DNA from: Marsupella aquatica
Lineage: Eukaryota > Plantae > Marchantiophyta
Assembly: GCA_973895155.1 (NCBI GenBank)
Contig: OZ316899.1
Coordinates: 2,193,573 to 2,257,572 of the forward strand
Direction: 5' to 3'
DNA: 64,000 nt
Shown here: positions 49,201 through 57,901 of the stretch, in pieces
Layout of the letters: every line of letters starts with the position of its first letter
How positions within the stretch are numbered: position 1 is the stretch's first letter
Made by a program: the position numbers and the translations under genes
Notes under the pieces: model-generated
The model's input: the letters and a program-made list of their open reading frames with translations, nothing else
What the model was told of the DNA's origin: nothing
Database searches by the model: none

Positions 49201-50984
49201 TCCCTGACGGCCAGCTTCAAGGCCGACCTAAGGGAGAAGGACGAGATGCTCGATCAGACTTACGCCAAGATGAACCAGATGGAGTCTGTCATCATTGTAG
49301 AGCTCGACAAGGAGCTAAGAGCAACCCGGGAGGAGAGGGCTACCTTGAAGAAAGAACTGGAGGAAGCCCACAGGGAACGGGAGGAAGCCCAAAAGGAACT
49401 AGAAGAGGCGCGCAAGGACCTGGATGAGACCCAGGAGGAGTTGGAGGAAATCACGAGGAAGATGGAGAACCTCCAGCGGCGGGCCGACAACCAAACAGAG
49501 CGGCTGAAGAAACAAGCCGCAGTATTTAAGTGCTTGTCTTCATCAGGCCCAACTCCAATTGGGGCAACCAAGTTACCAGGAGTGGTACTGGCCGAAGAAC
49601 AAGCCGCGCCACCTGCACCAGTGCCGGAAGTAAGTGGGAAGGGGAAGGGACCAGCTGCCGAACCAGAAAAGAAGAAGAAGCGGAAACCTTCAGGGTCAAG
49701 GAGTAATCCGACTCCACAGGCCGTGGTGACCAAGGAGGTAGACCCAGCACCAACCTCCGACATGAACACGGCAATAGATCCCGCTATCATCAAAGGTGGG
49801 GATGGTGCGGCCCAAGCCGAACTACTCAGTAATGAGGCCGGTATCCCAAATCTGCCTCTTGAGCAGGCCGGGGAGACCATAGCCGAGGTTGAGGCCGTAG
49901 CCAAGAATGATTCCCGAGCCGATGCCGATGGTGGACCCAGTCAGGCCGATGGAGAGTTGACTCAGTCAAGGGCAGGTAATCTGTCAGAAAACGAACCTAC
50001 GGTAGTGGCTGAGGAGGAAGCGTTGGGGGCGTCCATTGAGGATCCACCACCGGTGTCGTGACGGTACAAGGGCGTCGTTCCTTTTAGGAAGGGCGGACGT
50101 GGAGGGAGGAGGCGTGAGTGGGCAGGGCGGGCGCTGATCTCCAAGTTTAGGGTTAGGATCAGGACCAGGAGCGGCCCTGACACTTAGCTTAGTGGGATTG
50201 CGGTTCCACTGGTAGGAGCAACACTTGTGCTCCTGCCTTGCTATACATAGGTAGATCCGGGCAAGTAGATTACTGTTAGGTAGATTAGGCTTACGCTGCA
50301 AAGAATTAGGCGGATCCACTACCAGGATAAGTACCTGGGCAGCGGGGAGCTCAGGGCCTCTTCTTTAGCAAGTTTTTAGTTTGCACCAGCCGGGCTGGGA
50401 TCAAGTAGTAAGGGAAGCTCTCGGTTAGTCATACAGTGACCCTTGTGTATATTCATGTTTCCTCATGCCTAAGAGCTGAATAGAGTTGGCCTCACGGCTT
50501 AGTTCGCAGAGCTTGTGTATGAGATGTACTATTTGTATGGCAAGTGCATGGTATGACTCAGTCAGAAGGAGTCATTTTGCTATTTGTGTGTCGCATTAAC
50601 TTGTGTGAAGAGTGCCCACATCAACTAACAGAAGGAAGGAAAGTAAGCAGGGGAGTGAGAGTTGGATGTGTCGAGCTGAGAGAGGTCTTAGCGGCTTAAC
50701 CAAGCCTATTGGGGATCATTCCGGCGGCGGAATCCAAACATACCTAACAAGACGGAGGGGAAGACAAGGGAAGGCCTAGATTAGGCCGGCTACGTATCTC
50801 ATGACCCGATGAAGGATCTGTCCAGTATATGTGTGTAAAATGTTAATAGTAATAGTAGTAGTAGAAGGTTAGCAGCGTCCCATGCCACTAAGCCGCGGAA
50901 ACGGCCTCGCCAAGCGCGAAACCTGCGGGAATCGGCTTGAGCTGGGGGGTTTCTTGGGTTTAGGGAGCCATGGGACGCACCACA
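46293..50984 (+). mobile_element. Solo giant LTR (4692 bp) of the non-chromoviral gypsy family
   Basis: TGTGATGC...GCACCACA termini, perfect TSD CATAT (46288-46292, 50985-50989), colinear with 7504-12172, no gag/pol inside. Confidence 0.93.
46408..50061 (+). CDS. Intact LTR-encoded 1217-aa protein (plant transposon/mobile-domain-like region, acidic linker, long coiled coil)
   Basis: Uninterrupted 3654-bp ORF. Domain FVRLPW...LLEFVGSW...FYLTPKVIAEVFGLP; C-terminal third is E/K/Q-rich and heptad-like. The real start could be the downstream ATG at MSNVNQ (about 46669). Confidence 0.85.
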   Translation: MEPGPRPEVRTLGVKTRLGLGRIKCRRLGRINGRKDRKRRGVRSACRKWWLICEHELGRRLREANYCQLLRQALGERVDTDDRPKEGMSNVNQAAHFWGCLFERATEYIKTYEDEESERAAREWQVLARLWELQKTAFLGGKLIKDEFLWTPTSNQLDDLLFCKDNIIGIRDAIKNCNDIHWELKGSTERWTQATVLGETSTATEMKRKGAVNDEATPAKRTRSTAPKKPAEQQSRRQGEAEEEEVDPIKAIPTRDDTWKGWAATLPVEVQLHFAREEDACFTAMQTKKYQGFMAGSGLEAFVRLPWLKPEVPDSDLLEFVGSWEPKTNCTRIYAKDFYLTPKVIAEVFGLPIGNKTKVDTRKTLPDKEFRSFPGPSTKNGFFRNTCTNPHIGEMIDFLRVTMHCNLPRAEIGKAQVYLAERPDPSRDYNGYLLNQLKKILKEEQQVIGMGSVSRLGYHMPLLCRYARGQTFAPVLPLQVRAPEEAPAPRPVAEKPQPPVSPTIEQVFRPRKEDLPMQQPGMQNLLKLLEKERSASATTTSTATMQDTTPEVGLHRLTRENPFTGDKERIRPESKPGVRMYVGVSSSEFEAELPEVPTDEEEKEKPEVQEVEEAVEDGSHDNSGYGSDHHVPGVRTCGRFIPTLPRVVRGDPNQQSSPESPPPDVAPPSFDGIKQTAQEFQERIRQEEEAALAREKDLPGGDWPEDIKRLAEKGSKPLATIEEIRKTAWEQRPRWMMPMTSTSSTYAKDRAMEYGEMCGELALSIFGEELEQGPFFQREMLEKRQLEEAVTLERSKKDEVIRRLREREAEIKDLRVAKKAQDELRIKRHELNIMHGQLDTAQSDNRMIENLLTRTQGELADTIKEREKWKRELRNAEEAHITANSRAMAETQRKEWALKGELEKIRGALEQKEAELGKSYQGIMALQQELASLTASFKADLREKDEMLDQTYAKMNQMESVIIVELDKELRATREERATLKKELEEAHREREEAQKELEEARKDLDETQEELEEITRKMENLQRRADNQTERLKKQAAVFKCLSSSGPTPIGATKLPGVVLAEEQAAPPAPVPEVSGKGKGPAAEPEKKKKRKPSGSRSNPTPQAVVTKEVDPAPTSDMNTAIDPAIIKGGDGAAQAELLSNEAGIPNLPLEQAGETIAEVEAVAKNDSRADADGGPSQADGELTQSRAGNLSENEPTVVAEEEALGASIEDPPPVS

Positions 50985-51616
50985 CATATGCATTCCATAC
51001 TTGACTCTGCGCACAACGATATTGGAAAATAATAACCGAATGGCAGGCACTTTCATGAGAACATGGTCATTCTTTACACATTGAAAGTATGGATATCCAA
51101 AAACCAGCACATGCACAGAAAAAACTATAAGAGTCGATGGTAAGTAGTACAACCAGTTTAACACTGAAGCTATTGCATTAGTCATAAACCTCATCTTCTG
51201 AATCATCAAATATTGAACTTCTACTGGGATCGCTACTGGTCTCCCTCTCAGTAGACTCGGCAGACTCATCTAAATACTGGCTGTCCCCGCTTCATTGTCA
51301 ATAAACCTTGAACAATCCAGATATCTACAAGCTCCTCTGATTGAGCGAAGCCCTTTTGCCTCCCAGGTCAAGACCATAGGAGCGTCATCAACCTCCTTCG
51401 CCGACTTCTCAGCATAGCACGGAAGAGTGAAAGGCTTCTCTGGAGTAACCACGATGGATTCCTCCACTTCCTTTCGAAGATGAAATCTCTCCTCAGAAAA
51501 CCAATCCACCCTCCTATCACTGAAGCAACCACCGACATCAGTTGAGGAAGAGCAACAAAATGAATAAAACAAGAGAAACCAAATTGGGAGTCCGACACCA
51601 GAAGAGACCAAGTACT

Positions 51617-54600
51617 TTACTCTAGGTCAAATTCATCTTTCTCGCTTGAAGGTCCAGCCTGTTCATCTCCTGGTATCGTGAACTCATCATCAGACCTAGC
51701 ATCCTGATGACCCTTCTTTTCCTGATCTTTAATCATCTTGGACTTGCTAGAGTACCTCTCCAGAACGCTTGTTAAACCTTTCTGAGCACAGGAATGGAGA
51801 ATGTCCCTGTCCTCAACACCAACAACGAACCGACCGGAGTATTCCCCTAGGGAAAATGAGCTTCCATTGCACACAGTCCAGTCAAGGACGATATCTCTCG
51901 GCTTCGTGAGGAACTCCATCACGGCTTGCATGAAGCCAATTGATAGCCTTTTTGATCCAGCAACGACTGCTGTTGGACAGGGGTCAATCTTTGGGTAACA
52001 AACGCTCAACATTGATTTATGCTTGGCATCTTCCAAAGACGTCAACGGAACATAGGCAGGGTCTTTGGGAATTTTTGCATTAAATTCCACTCGACAGAAG
52101 ACGTCCAGAATGAGAGTGCACACCTGAAGGAAGAATGACATTCTATTAGAAAAGCCCGGAAACTTTGTTAGCAAGATCGCTAGCATTAATTCAAAGATGG
52201 AAATGAACCTTTTTTGAATTGAAAATGACAAGATGTTTGTTAGCAACATTGCTAGCATAAACCGCATCAAAAATAGCTCAGTAATATGTACCTCAATATC
52301 CATATCGGCTCTCCATAAAGGAGTGGATAATAAAACTGTATATTGCTGTACGTGTTTGAATTTGTTTTTTTGCTCGACCGCAGTAAATATTTGCCGCATG
52401 TGATTGAAATCCAAGCTATGAAGCACAGCCACATATCCTTTGTCCAAAAGCATGGGTCTCATGACTCCAAAAAAGTAATAAGGCAACTTCTCGCTCCACA
52501 CATTCCAGGATGGGACCTCTAAGTTTGTCTGTAACGCGTGTTCTATGCCCTGTTGGAAGAGAAATGAATACCAAATGTGCTCCAATCCCAGCATATGGCT
52601 TGCCGTTAACGATGACAGGGTTTGGGCGTTCGACGCTCTTGGACATCCCAGCAATCCATCAATCTCCATCTCCCATCCAAGATGGCCTTACTTTCTTTAC
52701 GCTGGTAGATTTTGCAGTGTCGGTCAAATTACTGCGAGCAAGGAAATGTCTCTGGCCATCCATCTTCAACCCACACATCCGAGCGACGCCTTGAGCAACT
52801 GAAACTTCATCATCGTCCAAATCCGACAGAATCTGGACATTCCTCTTTCATTTCAAACGCTTTATACTTCCCAAATCCACTGTGCTCTTTGTTGTTACTT
52901 CGACATTTGGGGACTGAGGTTCCTCTCCATCATCTGCCCCGCTCTTCAAAATCTCAAAAGCAGTACCCTTCCTCCTCTCTGTCAAAAAATAGCTATTAGA
53001 ATCTGTCTCTTCAGAAACACATAAGATTGTGACAAGAAAATGAAACAAAACATTGACACACTTACTTGGCTTTCCCGATATTTGGGACCCATCTTTGGAT
53101 GTGTCTTTCACTACACCTTTCCTTGGCTTTTGAGACCGACTCCTATCCACTATTGCAGCTACACCAAGACAAGCCTTTTCCATAGCCTTGCAACCACCAA
53201 CTTCAGAGTGCGTGGGTGCCAATTTGGACTCTGAGATGTAAGACTCCGGAAGGAATCCACGATTGATCATATGAAGAGCGGCTTTCTCTGCAGTGTTGAA
53301 GGTGACAGACCACTTGTCCGAGTCCAAATATCATGGACAATGAAGAATCTCCCACTTGCTCATTCTCCTCGGAGCCTCACATCCCTCGCAAGGAAACATA
53401 GAATAATCCCCAAATTTGTCACCTGTAGGATCCTCTTTAACTCCTGCAATCCATGGGGAGAAGCAAGCTAGGTAGGACCACCAGTAGAATTTGTCTGCTA
53501 CTTCTCTGTCTACAAAAAATTGATACGTGTATCTCTTTGCTCTCCTTCGGAACAATGCAATCTTGATCTTCTCTCCTCTCTTGGGAGGCCAAATCTGCTT
53601 GAAGAAACGAGTCTTCACACGAGTCTGGAAATCCTCAAAATCCTCCTCAATGTCAAGGATGAGCGAAGCTTTGGTCTTTTCTGAAGAACTAAGGATCCGG
53701 GACTCTGGGACAGTAGGCATAACCTCAGACACAATTTCAGGCGTGAGGGAAGACGCAGTCGACTCGACTTGCTCCCACACTGCCCAACGGTGAAGCCAAA
53801 GCTTCGTTTCACTATCTAAAAATTGACCAGGATGAAAGAACTTCTTTTGAAGCTATGGAAGCTATGGACGACACTGCGCTTCCAAGAGTGTACATTGGAG
53901 TTCTGGGGATAAGGACGTCACCCTTGGGGAACAACCGAGCTCGATCAAGACCACAAGAAACATTTCCTCATCCTTTGTCATCAGTTCTCTGGGCCTCCTT
54001 TCTCTCATTCTCGCAGTAGTTATGCATTTCTACACATTTCTTGAAAAAGTCTCCAAATTCTGGATTCAGTAATGGACAGATCTTAGGAACTTTCACATTC
54101 CAATCAGCCAATTGCTCCTTCATCATCTCCCGCATTGCTAAGTCCTGTGAGGCCTTCGACAGGGGCTCCCCTTGAGCTTCCTTCAAAGCAAACTTTTTCT
54201 TGAGGTCTTCCGTCTGAGATGCAATGTTAGCAGCGGATAGAATATAAGTGCAGGCATCCAACGTCATGTTCTTGGAATACCAAGCTGCCTTCCGCACGTT
54301 TGCCATCTTTTGCTGGAAAAGTTTGTAATTCTCAGCATCGATGATATCCTTGTAAACTGACAAGTCGTTGTTCAGAATCTTCTGGACCCGTTCGGCCTCC
54401 AAAACCCAGGAGTTTTCAACGTGACATTGTGTCAACCTGCCAGAGAATTTTCATGTTAGCGAGATCGCTAGCAGAAAGTAATTAACTGAAACACAAATTT
54501 CAGGAAACAGCTTTTAACTACATTGGCACTAAAGATGTGGCAAATTACAATATTGCCATTGTTTTTAGAGTATTTATAATACTGCCACCCTTTTTGTATG

Positions 54601-55250
54601 CGGTTACTTGGGACTACTCGAGTTAACCCACGGTTGATGTGTCTCACCCTCATAGGCTGAATAATCCATCAGGTTGTTAATGGTGAAGTTTCCGTCCAAT
54701 GTTCAGCCAAACTCTCCCTCCCGGACTGCGCAGGACTGTTGTTCATCCATAGTCTGCAGTTTGGCGAGACATTTCAACACAACATAGAAATCAGTGGGAA
54801 TCACCCTAGCAACCTTCAAATAAGCATGGCTGCAGGCAGAATGTTCATGGCCGGGTTGGAATGAAGGATGAGTGCGAAGTCACTGCGCACAGGCCCTGAG
54901 CGTCATCACCAGCTGTTTTAGTCCCGGGATTTAGTAATGATGCTTTGATCCTTCTTGCCGCCTTGCAATTGCACCCTAGAGGACAAAAAAATTGTCTACA
55001 TTTTGCTCTATCAAAAATGCTGATGACTAGCTGAATTGCACATTCATCACGTGTTTAGTGGAAGGAAGCAGGCCGAAGTGGTTCAGGCGAGTGAAGTTTA
55101 GTGATCGCGAGCTGAAGACGGATCATAGTGAAGACACAGATACATGCAGTTGCATTTGAAGCCGTTATGAGAAAATTGGCTATGCCGTGGATGTCTTCAA
55201 GGCAAAGGTATTAAACTATCCCATACTATAATGGCATTGATGCAAGGTCT
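51617..55250 (-). pseudogene. Degenerate multi-exon gene with C-terminal beta-class (N4C/N6A) DNA methyltransferase-like domain
   Basis: EFLTKPRDIVLDWTVCNGSSFSLGEYSGRFVVGVE (about 51805-51915) matches the T-x-PGDxVLDPFxGSGST...GR.FIGIE SAM-binding region. Upstream IDGLLGCP and MLLDKGYVAVLH fall where motif IV and the following strand should be. In-frame GT-AG intron 52291-52124; 3' splice site near 54437; stops and frameshifts between ORF pieces. The 5' limit is approximate. Confidence 0.55.
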
Positions 55251-55935
55251 TTGGTAGGTCCCTTCTCGACAGGCAATCTTAGTGTTTCAGTACGTAGGCA
55301 ACATTCACATTCCAACATCAAAACTAATATTGTTGACACGAACACTACATGAGTTCAGTTCCGGCCTTCTTCAGTGTGATTGGAAGCCTTTGTCTTTTGC
55401 GGAAGTGGGAACGGAAGCATTACCCCAACACTCTATTGCACAAAAAAGTTGACTTGGAAATGTTTTCATTCATTTCCACGGCTCAACATTGACTCTGCTA
55501 GTGTACCTATCTCAACTTAGTACCCCTTAAATTCAGTTCCCTGGCTTTGGAGATTGAGTTGGGAGATTCCTTGCTCCGATAATGTTTTGTACACTGAGGA
55601 CATCTGTTTGAGCATTTTATCTTTTGATCCTATCAGATTTCTCAAGGCATCAGTTTATTATTTGCTCTGAAGTGCCTGGCCTAGTATCTGGTATGCTCTC
55701 AACCCCACGCCTATCCATATATAGCCAGAACTTTTATCTTTCCTGTTTGAGCATATTCTCTGTGCACTGAGGACATCTGTTTCAGCATTTTTGTTATAGT
55801 TTTTTTTTTTTGTGGGGGGGGAACTACGCCAAAATGGATGCTTTGATCCCATCTGTTTATATAGGCCTGACTTGTGACATCCTTTTTTTGTGTGTATGCA
55901 GAGGATAAAGTTTTTGGGTGTAACATACTACAGTC

Positions 55936-57720
55936 ATGGTTGTTGCTTCTTTAAAGAAAGGTGAGACATTTGAGTGTTGGGATGATGTCAAGATGGCAAT
56001 TGTCAGGCATGGGGTGGCAATAGAACGGGTTATTAAACTTACAAAAAGGACAGACTATGTTTTCTTGGGAAATGCAAAATGTGGTGGCATGAAAACCCTA
56101 CCCAGAAATGTCAGTGGTCCATTCGAGTCATTATGAGCTCCAAGACGGAAACTATTTATTACCATTACGCAATTGAATGATCACCATACTTGTTGTGCAG
56201 CAGATCATTACATTAGGCGAATGCATATTTCATTTGACATTTTAATTAAAAATAGACAAACCAAAGCTTGCTCTTTGAGGGACACTGCCCAGGCTATTTG
56301 GCATCCAGATGTTAGGTATCACACAACACATACAGCCAAGAAAAAGGCTCTTGTCCGACTAGATGGTGATGAGAAGGAGTCCTTCCATCTCATTCCTAGT
56401 CATTGTCACCACATTTTACAAAGGGATCCAGGGGCTGTGGCGAACTACACAACGCCAAATGGATCCTTTGAAACTCTCTTTGTGTGTCCTTCAGCATCTC
56501 GAAAGGCTTATCCACACTATAGGCTGCTCGTTGCTTTAGATGGCACTCACACCAAGTCAGCATATCCTCAGATGTTATTGGTAGCCATAGTGTTAGATGC
56601 TAATAACACTGTCTTGATTCTGGCTTATTGCATGGTTCCGTCAAAAAATGAACAATTTTGGATGAGATTTCTGAAGTGTTTGCATGATGCAATCCCAGAA
56701 TTGTCTCATAGTTGTACTGTTTTTTATTTCAGATAGAGAGAAGGGACTGCAGAATACTGTGGATGAGGTCTTCCCACTAGCATTCCATGCTTTTTGCACA
56801 TGGCATTTGGGAAAAAATTTGCAAGCCCACTCCAACAAGGCAGCAAGGAAAGCCAATGAGGATCAGTACTTGTGGAGGCTAGACCGCATTGAACATGAGC
56901 ACCCATCAGCATTTGAGTACATTGTGAACACTGCTGATCCATCTCATTACTCAAGAGCATTTATGCCCTATCCCAGGTCGTACTTCATACACCCTACCCA
57001 TTGATGCATTAGTCATTCAACTCCTCTGAAGAGAAATTCAGTGTTTTGTTTTGATGTTGTTATTGGCATTGTCATTATTAGGTGGGGCCACGAGACATCC
57101 CAGCAAGCTGAGTGCACAAATTGAGCACTGAAGGCTGAGCGACAAGAAGTGGCCTTCAAACAATCCAATCTGATATGGGATTACATGACGAAGCACTACT
57201 ATGAGAAGAGGGTGCTTGCAGAGTCTTTAAGTACACCATTTCCTCCAAACATCATGGAAATACTGAGGGATCGACATGAGGAAGGTCTTCAACTTGTTGC
57301 AAACCCATCAAGCCCTACGGAAGTCAGAATTACAGATTCGAGTGGCAGGCATTTCCTGGTCAGTTTGGAGCCACCAAAGGAATGTTCATGTGGTGATTGG
57401 CAGGATGTGGGCATTCCATGTAGTCATGCTTGGAGAGCTATTACCAGATTGCATCTTTGCCATTACGATTTTGTTTCACCATTTTATTCTGTGGATTCAT
57501 TCAAACAGACGTATAGTAGTAGCCTTCCTGCAATTTTGAAGGATGATCTACACCCTGATTCATGGTGTGGCCCACCTTTGAAGAGGCGGAAGTGAGGACG
57601 TCCAACTGAGAAACCAAGGATGAGGTTCCTAGAGGAGGATGGGGTCCGATTGCCCAGGACCTGGGGTTTCTACAAGGAAAGGGGCCATGACAAGCGAACT
57701 TGCCAGCTTAAGAAGGATCA
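55936..57720 (+). pseudogene. Mutator/MULE transposase pseudogene (MuDR N-terminus, DDE core, SWIM)
   Basis: LKKGETFECWDDVKMAI; LVALDGTHTK...LVAIVLDANN...LAYCMV; ISDREKGL...HAFCTWHLGKN; CSCGDWQDVGIPCSHAW; degenerate knuckle GHDKRTC. Frameshifts, stops and probable introns. TIRs not identified. Confidence 0.9.
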
Positions 57721-57901
57721 ACTTGGACATGGGCAGGAGAACCTGGACAGAACTCACACTTGTGGTGAGGAGTTTGAAGACATCAGATTCTGGCAATGGA
57801 GATGACAATGATGACATTGTGGATATAAACTAGTCAGCACCATTCATGGAGGACGACAATGAAAGCAGCCCATCTTTAACTTGCCCTTTCAAAATGGGTT
57901 C

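Noticed and set aside
50062-50984. Reading only this ~0.9-kb non-coding stretch as the LTR, with GGAGGGAGGAGG (about 50101) as its PPT
   Set aside because: The CATAT TSD, the inverted TG...CA termini and the PPT next to integrase in the other copy all place the LTR start at 46293, and no second 0.9-kb copy lies upstream of the ORF.
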